A stretch of 63,795 nt of DNA, the filler included, from Octopus bimaculoides (taxonomy: Eukaryota): assembly GCF_001194135.2 (NCBI RefSeq). It is 6 parts of 6 records of this genome, joined end to end, with 100 filler letters (N's around TTAATTAATTAA, not from the genome) between each part and the next. Parts side by side here need not be neighbours in the genome. Positions count along the whole stretch, not along the records: positions 1 to 16,418 come from NC_069007.1; positions 16,519 to 24,624 come from NW_026397433.1; positions 24,725 to 52,677 come from NC_068985.1; 3 more parts are not named here. One strand, given 5' to 3'. Under the pieces are notes generated by a model. It was not told the origin of the DNA, did not search any database, and was given only the letters and a program-made list of their open reading frames with translations. This document shows positions 14,957-26,569 of the stretch, in pieces; positions within the stretch are counted from its first letter, which is position 1, and every line of letters begins with the position of its first letter. The translations under genes and the position numbers were made by a program.

Positions 14957-16418
14957 TTTGTATGTTTGTTTTATGGATGCGTTTTTATGTATATATTTTC
15001 ATGTCTAGATGCATGCATATGTATTTATGTGCTGATTAGTTTTCTAATCAGCCTTTTTCTTTCAGGTTTTGAGAACCCTAATTTTTCCAGGTTTTTGTTC
15101 CCTGAACATGGAACCATGTGGTTGGGATGCAAACTTCTTACCACACAGCTGTTTATAAGCACTGACAGAGTTCTGCGGCTGAGAAGCTCCCTTTCGAACC
15201 ACGTGGTTACCTGTTCAGTCACACTGCGGGGCTTTTTGTGAAACTATCTTCTATTATAACCCTCGATCAAACAACGCCTTTTGAGATGGAAACTGTGTGG
15301 AAGATCGACGGATAAATGTACATTTATATATGTATGCGTGTGTGTCTTCTTGCTTGTGTTTTTATCCCCCCCCCCACGCCTTAACTACCACCTGACAATA
15401 GTTGTTCGTTTACAACCTCGTATCTTAGCGTTCGACAAAAGAGACCGATAGGAGAAGTGCAAAACTTAAAACAAGTAGTGGGGCCAATTTGTTTGACCAA
15501 ACCCTTCAAGGCGGTGCCCCCGCATGGCCAGTGTCAAATGACTGATACAAGGAAAAGAATGATAGAATATATGAATGTATGGATGCGAGGATTAATAGAA
15601 TGATAGAATATATGAATGTATGGATGCGAGTATTAATATATGCCAGTGGATACAACGATTAAGTCGCGTCCATTTACCTGGAATACATAACGTAGGTATT
15701 TTAATAGTAGAGCTTGATAGAGTACAACAGGCTGAAGAATATTGGATCGACACTTTATTAAATTGTTTTGCAAAGGAATCGAACCCGGCAAGCATTTGTG
15801 TGCCACGCGAACGTGTTAACCATTCACTCAAACCTGGGTGAGTAGGCACGGTTTCGATTTTTTTTTTTTTTTTTTTTTGTGGGCGGGGGACACATGAGGC
15901 CTGTCTCTCCGTTCTTATGACGTACAAGTAACCTAGATGAGAACAGACCCCGTAAACGGGACGTCACATTGTCGCAAGATGAACCGGAATAATATCTACT
16001 GAAGTGTTTGCTCGAACACAAAGGCGTCGCCCAGTCTGGGAATCAAAACTACAATATTCTTTTCTACTGTAGACACAAGGCTCGAAATATTTGAGGAGGG
16101 GTGGGGGAGTCGCGACTAGTACTTAATTTATTGACCCCGAAAGGATGAAAGGCAAAGCCGACCTCGGCGGAATTTGAAGTCAGAACATAAGGATAGACGA
16201 AATACCGCTAAGCATTTGGCCCGGCGTGCTAACGTTTCTGCCAGCTCGCCGTCTTATCAAAAACTACGACATTATGATACTGATTGCAAAACCCGAACTA
16301 TTATACCCTACGCCTTTATTTTGTCTGCGACACCACGGCGAGAAAGAGGCTTAGTGACATTTCCGACGTTAGGTTCGGTGGTAGGTTCGTGTTCAAATGA
16401 AGTCGGGATTGTATTTGC

Positions 16419-16518
16419 NNNNNNNNNNNNNNNNNNNNNNNNNNNNNNNNNNNNNNNNNNNNTTAATTAATTAANNNNNNNNNNNNNNNNNNNNNNNNNN
16501 NNNNNNNNNNNNNNNNNN
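16419..16518. other. Artificial 100-bp scaffold spacer (44 N + TTAATTAATTAA + 44 N)
   Basis: Same structure at 24625-24724, 52678-52777, 60038-60137 and 62578-62677. The 12-mer places TAA in all six frames. Confidence 0.95.
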
Positions 16519-17381
16519 ATGTATGTATGTATGTATGTGTGCTTGTGCGTCTGTGTTCTACAGCTCAGCAAGACATTCACTAGTTGACAAGAGAACCTCT
16601 GTTATTTCCAACAGGTGAAGTTACCACGCAAACAAATCTAATTAAAATTACACCTACATTAAACAGGAATAGCACAGATTATGAGATATGGTAGTTAGAA
16701 GCTTGAATATTTTTCGTCGCGGCCAAAAGGCAACAGCTCAAGAAATCTACGAAGTCTGCTGCCTGTTGCAATACAATCTACAAAAACGTTAGCAAAATGT
16801 CTGGCAAGTTACTATAAGGCTCGTAGACATATTTCCGACAATTTCTATTGCCGAAAGTTAATGCAGACCTTCAATTGTGACAAAGAGTAAACATATAGTG
16901 CCTGTAGTCCAGCCTCATATCTAACAACTGAGCAACTACTACAGCAAAAGTGGACACAACTGCTTGGAATTTGGTTGCTCATTTTGTTATGCGTGTGGAA
17001 TTCACTAGATGTCTTGTATGCATGGGCCAACCACAGTCTTGTGAAACTGAAACTGAAAGAACCTGTCAAGAATATATATATATATATATATATGTATGTA
17101 TCTTCTGCGTAAGTTAAATAACGGTGAGAATTCTGTAAATAGAATTATAAGCTTTCACCATATCGACTATAGAAAATAGTTTAATGTTAGAGTATTGTCA
17201 CCAGCGAGGGAAAATATGGGAAATGAACACGCGTAGGAATCGAACTTACACCGCTTATTTTCCGCAATAAATATGCTGATCAATTACACCATTATACCAC
17301 TTAGTTTCCATTTTTCTCTTGGAGTTATCTGCTCTGATATCAGAATATTTTCTATAGAGAATGTATGATGAAACCTTTTAA

Positions 17382-17436
<55 letters not shown>

Positions 17437-17587
17437 TATATATATATATATACTAACATATATATAAACATTTATATACAGGGTGTCTACAAGGTCTAGG
17501 TAAATGGAGTAAATAAAATCATAACATAAACAATTAAATATAAGAAATAATAATTTCTTAAAGTATGTGTTAATCCCATATACCCAA

Positions 17588-17629
<42 letters not shown>

Positions 17630-18158
17630 CTGTATATATATATATCTATGCGTATATAGATATATACATGCACATACACACCCCGGCAAATTAAGAACTT
17701 ACTGCGGATAACGTTCAGTTGATCAAACATTAACTTGGTTACCCAAGATCATGATATTGATTCATACGAATTGTTTTATGTTACCCTTTTTCAACAGAAG
17801 CAGTTTACTTACCGATTTACAGGTCCAACTGGACAATGCTATGCTGAAGAAATCAAACAGACCGAAACAGGTGTCCATCATTGAACCCCAATCTTAACAA
17901 TGATCGAACTTTCCATTCTTTAGAAATATAAGTTTTTTTTTTTTAAAAATCAAATTTGATTTTCTAGAGATTCACTCAGACTATTTACTAAGTTTCCCTT
18001 CTGCGACTCACCATGGCTATTTCAATAAAACAAGAACTCGGTGCATGCGACGTTCAGATCATAGCTTATATACTTTTTCACAAACACAAACTGGCACACG
18101 TACACACACACACACACACACACACACATTCACAAACACGCTCACAGGCCTGCACATG

Positions 18159-18190
<32 letters not shown>

Positions 18191-20140
18191 CANNNNNNNN
18201 NNCACGCACACGCACACACATATACACAGCTTGCCGATTTGTAAGTCTTTGAGTGCATATTTGAGCTTCTGTTTATAACATATTTGGGCGTCAAAGTAGC
18301 GAGCTGGCAGAATGGTCGCTACGTTCTGAGTTCAAATTCCGCTACGTTCGACTTTGCCATTCAACCTTTAGCAGTAGATAAAAAAAAATAAAAAAAAGTA
18401 TCAGTTAAGCACTGGAGTTAACAATAGANNNNNNNNNNNNNNNNNNNNNNNNNNNNNNNNNNNNNNNNNNNNNNNNNNNNNNNNNNNNNNNNNNNNNNNN
18501 NNNNNNNNNNNNNNNNNNNNNNNNNNNNNNNNNNNNNNNNNNNNNNNNNNNNNNNNNNNNNNNNNNNNNNNNNNNNNNNNNNNNNNNNNNNNNNNNNNNN
18601 NNNNNNNNNNNNNNNNNNNNNNNNNNNNNNNNNNNNNNNNNNNNNNNNNNNNNNNNNNNNNNNNNNNNNNNNNNNNNNNNNNNNNNNNNNNNNNNNNNNN
18701 NNNNNNNNNNNNNNNNNNNNNNNNNNNNNNNNNNNNNNNNNNNNNNNNNNNNNNNNNNNNNNNNNNNNNNNNNNNNNNNNNNNNNNNNNNNNNNNNNNNN
18801 NNNNNNNNNNNNNNNNNNNNNNNNNNNNNNNNNNNNNNNNNNNNNNNNNNNNNNNNNNNNNNNNNNNNNNNNNNNNNNNNNNNNNNNNNNNNNNNNNNNN
18901 NNNNNNNNNNNNNNNNNNNNNNNNNNNNNNNNNNNNNNNNNNNNNNNNNNNNNNNNNNNNNNNNNNNNNNNNNNNNNNNNNNNNNNNNNNNNNNNNNNNN
19001 NNNNNNNNNNNNNNNNNNNNNNTAAACGATGAAGAAGAAGAAGAAGAAGAAGAAGAAGAAGAAGAAGAAGAAGAAGAAGAAAAGATACATAATTCGGTGT
19101 CGTCTAATTTTGTGTTCTTTTACGTTAAGTAATAAAGCAGTTTTATAAAAAAGAGAGAGAAAATAAATACCAAAGTGAAACATGCAGTGGAACTGATATT
19201 ATCAACAGAAATTAGTGAAAGAATAAATGAACACAAAATGTATGTATAGCAGTGCGTTGAGGATTAGGGGCTGACATTATTGCCAGGTTATGGTTATAGC
19301 TGCTGACTATTCAACTTCTTTCCTCCTACCTAGAAAAGCATACTCAGAGTAGATCCATTCACTTCACCAGTCTTGCTACTCTAATCTACTTTTTTTGGTA
19401 AACACACTTCCCGCTTTTGTAGAAATTGATGAGAGCTTCTTTAGATAGGAAAATGTCTGCTTTTAGGCATTGCAGACGAGTCCATAGTGCTCCTTTACCC
19501 ACAGCCACCAAACAGTGAAAAATCTGGCTCCCTTCTCTGCCAAGGTTAAAGTGGTGGGGCGTCGATTTTCACACTACACTCTCCGGACAGCTGGATTCGT
19601 CCTATTCGAGACGGTAGCTGCTCAAACATAAGCCCACAAGTCGCTAATTCATGAACTATTGCACGTCAAACAGTTTCGTCCTCCTGCATCAATCTCGGGA
19701 AAATTTAGGTGTTGGCGATTTCATACCTGAAGAACTTGTCTCAGAGAAGCCAGACTCCAAGGGTCTTCGACCCGAAAGTCCTCCAGAAGAGACCACTCAG
19801 ATTGTTTTCATCAATTCCCAGATTCAATCCTAGGCCATCGTCGCTCATGCCATTAACTAGCTTCCTTTAGAAACCCTCAGTTGTTTTTTTCCGCTAACGG
19901 CTTTGTCCAGCTGGTATAATGCAACGAGCGCCTGGAAACATTCTAGATGCCAAACGCCAAAGTTTTCGCCTACGTTTGATGCATGACTGCACCTCGGTCA
20001 GTGAGAAGAGCTGCAGAAGGACACGTCACATGATTGTTTTTGTCACCGTCACTGACATCACCGCAGTGATTTAGATATTTCTTCAGATGCGTCAGCCTCA
20101 GCGCTTGGTGACGTATAATCAAAAACGGCTTCCCAATACC

Positions 20141-20352
20141 TATTTCTTTACTGCCCACAAGGAGCCACACACAGAGGGGACAAACAAGGACAGACAAACG
20201 GATTAAGTCGATTATATCGACCCCAGTGCGTAACTGGTACTTAATTTATCGACCCCGAAAGGATGAAAGGCAAAGTTGACCTCGGCGGAATTTGAACTCA
20301 GAACGTAACAGCAGATGAAATACCGCTAAGCATTTCGCCCGACGTGCTTCAT
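20141..20352 (-). mobile_element. SINE family B copy inserted in the Tx1 LINE, with a 14-bp target-site duplication
   Basis: GGCTTCCCAATACC occurs at 20127-20140 and 20353-20366. The insert carries the GTTCTGAGTTCAAATTCCGCCGAGGTC motif shared with many copies in the window. Confidence 0.8.
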
Positions 20353-20764
20353 GGCTTCCCAATACCACCATGGAGTGGATGTTGACAGCAGATGAATTTC
20401 CTGACCAGTGAAACCTGCGCTTTCTATAATTATCAGAATGCAATCGCTCCAAACTTGCCAGAGTTTTCTTGAGACAAGGCATGACGTTTTGACAGTAGTA
20501 TACCACTAAGTCAATGTATGCATTCGGTGCTTCCACCCGGACTTTTATAAACAGCTTTCTTTCAGCCCATTTCTGTGCGAGATTGGCCAACCTAACCATG
20601 ACCTCTTCCCAGTTGTTATCCACCTGCAGATCTGGGCCACATCAATCTCCGAGCACTTTCACCAGACCTTCTATCCAGCGACAGAAATTGCGCTGTCAGC
20701 ATGAACCGGTCTCTCCAAGAGCCTAGTTACACGACCACGAATCTGTCAGTATACTGTCGATTGT

Positions 20765-21030
20765 GAAGGCGCGTGGAAAAGTGGTTAGGACATTCAGCTT
20801 ACGGTCGTAAGATCGCGAGTTCAATTCCCGGCAAAGCCTTGTGTCCTTGAGCAAGACACTTTATTTCATGTTGCTCCAATCCACTCAGCTAGCAAAATTA
20901 AATTGTACCTGTATTTCAAAGGGCTAGACTTGTCACGCTCTCTGTCGTTCTGAATCTTCCTGAGAACTGCGTTAAGGGTATGCCCGACACGTTAATTTTA
21001 CACGTTAATTTCTGTTAATCTGACCAACCA
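20765..21030 (+). mobile_element. tRNA-derived SINE family C
   Basis: GTGGTTAGG...GAGTTCAATTCCC head followed by GTGTCCTTGAGCAAGACACTTTATTTCA..GCTCCA..CCACTCAGCT. Related copies at 12345-12680(-), 35460-35720(-), 38878-39180(+) and 46245-46625(-). Confidence 0.75.
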
Positions 21031-24000
21031 GAATCTTCGTCCATCGCTCGCTTCTATATTCAAAGAGTCCGTAACCACAACAATGACTCCGTCCGCATGT
21101 GCAGATCTCGCTCTCTTGCGACCTAGTTCCAGAAGAATTACCCCCTCAAACTCTCCACCATTCGCAGCAAAGTCTCCAATGCCACAACCTATAAAAGCGG
21201 GGAGAGGGGTATCCTTTGCAGACTGAAAGGTTCCGAGAGGTACTTATTTCATCTAACCATAGAGTAGACGCCACTGTGAATTGTGGTGATCCAACCTCTG
21301 AAACCGACAGCTTTTGGGACAGCAACCAGATAGCGATAGTCCACCACGTAGAATACCTTGGACTGGTCGTAATTGACTAGCGCCTCTTCAAGACCAGATC
21401 TATTCTCGACCCGCTATACGATGTATCACACGAGGTGGAGATTGTCGTGGATAGAACTACCGGCGATCGCACAGATTTGTGCGCCTCCAACTACGTTACT
21501 GATAATTTGCACCAGCTTTTTTGGCGTGCACCTTAGCTAAAATCTTTAACTCAGTGCTGAGTAAATTTATAGGCCTGAAATTTTCAGTCACATCTACTTT
21601 ATTAGCATCCTCTCCGGTTTACACTACGGGGAATGCGTCCAGTACATTATCTGCTGCAGTAGACAGTTGGCAAAACATGAGCAAACAAGACAAGCATGTG
21701 AAAATATAGTTCAGAGGTTAACTCATCCGATCCCGATATATTTGCATCCTCCGCAGCGGCTCAATACACCCTGCCACTTCCTACGCTGAAATCGGCTTCT
21801 CGCAACGCTCCATCTCACTTTCTGACAGATACGGGTTACCATCGACGTAGACCTCAAAGCCCGCTGTCTCAAGTATACCGAAGCACCTTGCCCATCTGTT
21901 TGGAATCAGAGAGCAAACGGCTGCCGCTTGCCGTTCTATGCCTCCGTTATCCGGGGCCCAACCAACAGCTTTTTAACATTCATGTTTTAGCGTGCGCACT
22001 GTAGTTTGATCCATGGAAGCTTCTTGTTTCACGTCCAGAAAAGTCGAATGTCATTGTCACCGTGGTTTGCTATCTTTCTTCTATGTACCTTTTCTTAACT
22101 ACTGGCTAGTTTAGCATTTTGTAGTTGACGATAGCTTTCGTCAGCTCCCGCTTAATGATTGTACTTATCCGATCCCTGAAATCTTTCTGCGCCGGGAAGA
22201 CGAGTTCATATTCCAGTAACTGGGTTCTTGTCTAAATGTTTTTTTTTTGTTTTTTTTTTTTAAGCTGACTGTAAAGGTCCCAGATTTGTGGTCTGAATTG
22301 CAAACGGTCTGAAAAAATGCTCAACTTGTACAAAGCATGTTTTGCTAACGTGATAAAGATCCTATTTAAGTATGATCTAAATGACTCACTGCTATTTGTC
22401 CCGCTATTTGTCCAAGTCCACACTGGTGTACTTGAGAAACTGAAGCGAAGCCTGTCATACAGTTTTAAATGTCTGGGAAGATTTGTGTGGCTTTTGCACC
22501 CTGCCCTTCTATCCGCTATTCCACAAAATCTATTTCAAGATCTCATTCCAGTTTCCTGCTAACATTAATGAGAGAAATGTTCCTAGGAAAGTCTGTAGAC
22601 TGCAAAAAAAATTCCTACCTTCCAGCTCCTGTTGGAACATATATAGTTACTAGTCTGAAAACTCCAGTAATATGGTATCCTAGGCTGCAGGTAGTAAGCC
22701 CGCTACGCATGCAAGATTCCAGGAGCTCCCAAAAAAAACTTGTGATAAAGAGAAAATAATAATAACAACAATAACTTCAAGGCCAGCGATTTTGGAGAGG
22801 CGGTAAGTCGATTACATTGACCCAATGCTCAAGTGGTACGTATTTTTNNNNNNNNNNTTTTGTCTGACATACTAATAATAATAGGTTGAATTCTTTTTTT
22901 ATACAAGCCAACCATTTTGAGAGGAAATCGATTACACTGACCCCCCAGTTAATGATTTGTTCTTTATTTGATCAATCTTTCACGAAAAGATTAAAATAAA
23001 AATGTTGCTGGCGCTTGAATGTAAAAAGACTATAAACATCTTGTGACTTTGCTACTGTGTTATTTGTCTAGAGTCTTCTACCAGTCTGCCACTTTCCCAT
23101 AATGGTTTCAAATTTTGGCATAAGGTTAGTAATCTTGAGAGGCGTGGAAGGGTTTCATCGGCATCGACGACCCCCAGTACTTGACAGGTTCCTTGTTTCA
23201 TCGAAACGGAAAAGATTAAAATATAAAAATCGACATCGGTAGTATTTGATCTCAGAACGCAAAAGGGACAGGTATGTGGCGGCGGCGGCGACGACGATGG
23301 TGATGGTGATGATGATGATGAGGATGGTGGTGGTGGTGGTGATGGTGATGATGATGATGATGAGGAGGAGGAAGAAGGAGGAGAAGAAGGAGGAGGAGAA
23401 GAAGGAGGAGGAGGAAGAAGGAGGAAGAGGGGGGAAGAGGGGGGAGGAGAAGAAGAAGAAGAAGAAGAAGAAGATTGAGGATAATAATGATAATGAATTT
23501 TCTTCATGAACCAGAAAGGCATCGGATGATGGGGCCAACAGTACAGACAGAAATCTCAGAAGTGCTTTAAGCTTGTGACACACTCGGATTGCGACTATGG
23601 ACAGGCCACAACAATCTGTGGACATGCCCGTGTAGACCGGAAAAACATATATTCAAGACAGTATTACAGACAGGATTATAACTGAGCGCGTATGTTCACA
23701 CAGCAAACTGACAGACATCATATTCTACATGAAGGATTTATAGAAATACAACCCTAACCCAAGTATTGTATATTCTGCACAATCACTCCAACACACAGGA
23801 TTCGAAAGGCAAAGTCGACCCCCGACGAAATTTGAACTCAGAACGCAAAGACGGTCGATATAGCGCTAAGCATTTTGTCTGACATACTAATAATAATAGG
23901 TTGAATTCTTCTTTTATACAAGCCAACCATTTTGAGAGGAAATCGATTACATCGACCCCCCCACCACCACCACCANNNNNNNNNNNNNNNNNNNNNNNNN

Positions 24001-24368
24001 NNNNNNNNNNNNNNNNNNNNNNNNNNNNNNNNNNNNNNNNNNNNNNNNNNNNNNNNNNNNNNNNNNNNNNNNNNNNNNNNNNNNNNNNNNNNNNNNNNNN
24101 NNNNNNNNNNNNNNNNNNNNNNNNNNNNNNNNNNNNNNNNNNNNNNNNNNNNNNNNNNNNNNNNNNNNNNNNNNNNNNNNNNNNNNNNNNNNNNNNNNNN
24201 NNNNNCATCGTTTAACGTCCGCTTTCCATGCTAGCATGGGTTGGACGATTTGACTGAGGACTGGTGAAACCGGATGGCAACACCAGGCTCCAATCTAAAT
24301 TTGGCAGAGTTTCTACAGCTGGATGCCCTTCCTAACGCCAACCACTCAGAGAGTGTGCATGAAAAGGC

Positions 24369-24463
24369 CTCAATAACGGAAGAAACGTGACTCAATAACG
24401 GAAGAAACGTGACTCAATAACGGAAGAAACGTGACTCAATAACGGAAGAAACGTGACTCAATA
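24369..24463 (+). repeat. Perfect 22-bp minisatellite, 4.3 copies (CTCAATAACGGAAGAAACGTGA)
   Basis: Units start at 24369, 24391, 24413 and 24435; partial unit 24457-24463. Confidence 0.95.
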
Positions 24464-24862
24464 TGTGTAGCAGAGATGTTTAATCATTTCTAATTTGGTG
24501 ATTCACTTCATGGAACTAAACGTTTCTTCGTCAACTATTTTCATTTTGTAGCCACCTGAAGGATCGCACGGGGCAAAGGTGGAACTATATAAAAACGCGG
24601 GTATGAATGCCTGTATGTGGCGTGNNNNNNNNNNNNNNNNNNNNNNNNNNNNNNNNNNNNNNNNNNNNTTAATTAATTAANNNNNNNNNNNNNNNNNNNN
24701 NNNNNNNNNNNNNNNNNNNNNNNNAAAAAAAAAAAAAAGAAGAAAAAAAAGTAAGTCTGTAACAAAATTCGAAAGCAAAAAAAAAAAACTGTAACCTTTA
24801 CTCTTCTGAAATCACTGTGGATATATTTCGGTTATGTGCTTGATAAACATCTGAAAGTTCTC

Positions 24863-25478
24863 CTACGAATTCTCACACTTCATATCATAGTAATCACGGT
24901 ACATTGCCTCATCAATATGTGACCATTTCATGTTACCACATGATCCACTTTTGTATTTCAGTCTACGTTTTATCCGTGACCAGAATGCCTCTACACTATT
25001 GGTACAGACCCCACTAACGGGATCAACAAAATTCCGTGAATGGTTCACGGTACCATGAATGTATCCCAGTTTCTGAAGATTTTGGTAACTGGGCCACATA
25101 TCCGTGAAAATCGTAGTTCCTGGCGCCACATTTTCAAAGATTGCAGCTTCTGAAGTTTCAGCCTTTCTATCAGTTATATGTTGTAGGTAGCCCTTTTTCT
25201 GAGTGACATCGTAAAAGCCTATCACCCAAAAGTTTTCAACCATTCTGCCAACCTCATATTTCCTCTTGAAAAGCAGGCTTTCATCCACTCATACAGGTGT
25301 GGTTCAGTCCACCTAATTTTTTCTTATCTTTCAGTAACTTGGCTGAACATATTTCTCGGCAGTAATCGTACCATTGAATGGCTGTGTCGTTGCTAATATT
25401 GTTCCAACTCATGGAACAGGTTACTGGCAATTCAGATATAAAGTCTGCTATTATTTGAAATAATGTAAACACTGTCAA
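24863..25478 (-). pseudogene. Merlin (IS1595/IS1016-related) DDE transposase remnant, one frameshift near 25285
   Basis: QWYDYCREIC...KLGG.NHT / DESLLFKRKYEVGR..WVIG...TIFTDMWPSYQNL..LGYIHGTVNHSRNFVDPVSGVCTNSVEAFWSRIK. These are diagnostic DDE_Tnp_IS1595 motifs. TIRs not identified. Confidence 0.85.
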
Positions 25479-25699
25479 GTGGCATTTCTCTTAAATTCTA
25501 TGGGGAGGGGGGGTCGAAGTGGGGTGTTAGGGAGGTGGAATTCAAAAAAATTTATAGGGGGAATCACATGACCGTGATATGTAGAACACATTATCGAAAG
25601 CGAAAATCACCAAAATGAAAAAATAAAAAAGTTACAGCGGTTTTCCCTCAGTGTCTAATCCCAATGTGCACCAAGGGCCAGTTTACACAGAATACAAAT

Positions 25700-26060
25700 T
25701 ATATAGAGAATTAAAGGGGTTGAAAAAAAGTAATAGAAATCCAACAGCTATTTCTGGGGTCTCTGTGGTCCAAAATAATGTTTATAGATCGATTCTGTCG
25801 TAGGATTAGGCAAGCTTCCACCTTTAGGGAAGATATCTTACATTCGAGGTGTTGAAAGAAAGTTCTAAGTTTTGTATTCTGTGGAAGTTGGACCTTTTTG
25901 TACATAAACATATTTTGTATTCCATGTTTTTAAGATACTTTATATTTTGATCTGCCTAACTTGCTTATCTCTACATTTACTTCTACACTAGCTCAAGTTT
26001 AAATCTCTTGAGCACTACTAAGTGTATTCTATACGGAGAATATCTGATTCTCATCTATGA
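25700..26060 (-). mobile_element. Possible ancient RTE-like LINE fragment
   Basis: Weak, frameshifted resemblance of QNTKLRTF..FN.SNV...VEAC to the TKLRIFNSNVKSVLLYG.ETW motif. Confidence 0.3.
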
Positions 26061-26339
26061 ACTATATATATATGTGTCTGTGTATCAATTAACAGAAACG
26101 CATACACACATGTATGTGCGTGTGTCTACGTATACGTTTAATTTTAGTAATCTTACTTCAATTTTAACTGACGATCTCACATAAAGTCACTTGCTAAACA
26201 AATACAGCTCCCTTACAGTTCGTTTTAAACCGAATCCTCTCACTCAATATGTTGGCTTGTATAACAGTATAGCCACAGTTTATGACCTCATCATAGTCCA
26301 TGGGACAAACTAATTCCCCACCACCTTTTCCCATATGAT

Positions 26340-26539
26340 CAGCTGGTGTTTATTGAGCACATGTGCTTATGACGTTAAAAGAGAGGGTGAAGAAAAACGT
26401 GAGTCAAAAACCTACGTAATTTTCCGAAAATTGACGGAAACAAGTATTTTGGTTGTCGCTGAAATTGCGCTGGAATCCCCGGTTTAGTGAGGCGATTCAC
26501 AGAACTTATGAATTACATTTCATAAAACAATCTACGAAT
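26340..26539 (+). promoter_or_regulatory. Putative SGPL1 promoter / 5' UTR
   Basis: Non-repetitive, CpG-retaining patch just upstream of the candidate ATG. Contains the palindrome GCACATGTGC, TGACGT (26370, CRE half-site), TGAGTCA (26400, AP-1 consensus) and ACGGAAAC. Motif function is inferred only. Confidence 0.4.
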
Positions 26540-26569
26540 ATGGCTAGTGAAACGATGAATTTATTAATG
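26540..26569 (+). CDS. SGPL1: Probable first coding exon of sphingosine-1-phosphate lyase (MASETMNLLM)
   Basis: ATG at 26540, 10 codons, phase-0 donor GTTCGT at 26570, then a T-rich intron start. Joins in frame to the phase-0 exon at 47261. Length and ending resemble the short first coding exon of human SGPL1 (MPSTDLLML, recalled). The donor is not the strongest consensus. Confidence 0.55.

Larger units (their letters stand above)
19280..22230 (-). mobile_element. Degenerate Tx1/L1-clade LINE (RT and C-terminal region), interrupted by two SINEs
   Basis: Fragmentary minus-strand translations: RPINLLSTELKILAKV, ALVNYDQSK, PLSPLL, SAHADG (degenerate YADD), VKVLG..GPDLQVDNNWEEV..LAQKWAERKL, GGIGKPFLIIRHQALRL, GREGSQIFHCLVAVGK. 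Many stops and frameshifts. Confidence 0.8.

Noticed and set aside
15700-15790. QAEEYWIDTL resembling a Penelope GIY-YIG C-terminus
   Set aside because: A single short motif with no supporting upstream sequence.
17476-17636. TACAGGGT...ACCCTGTA Tc1-like MITE ends
   Set aside because: Only about 8 bp of inverted match within TA repeats.
17791-17863. Possible exon (CAACAG acceptor, two open frames, GTGTCC donor); similar case at 16615-16690
   Set aside because: Weak donors, no homology and no partner exons.
23530-23685. Short frame WGQQYRQKSQKCFKLVTHSDCDYGQATTICG resembling a C-type lectin start
   Set aside because: No polypyrimidine acceptor or donor, flanked by stops, and the similarity is too weak.
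24863-25478. Bacterial contamination or bacterial IS insertion
   Set aside because: Eukaryotic Merlin elements explain the IS1595-type motifs; the sequence is frameshifted and contiguous with host DNA toward the SGPL1 promoter.
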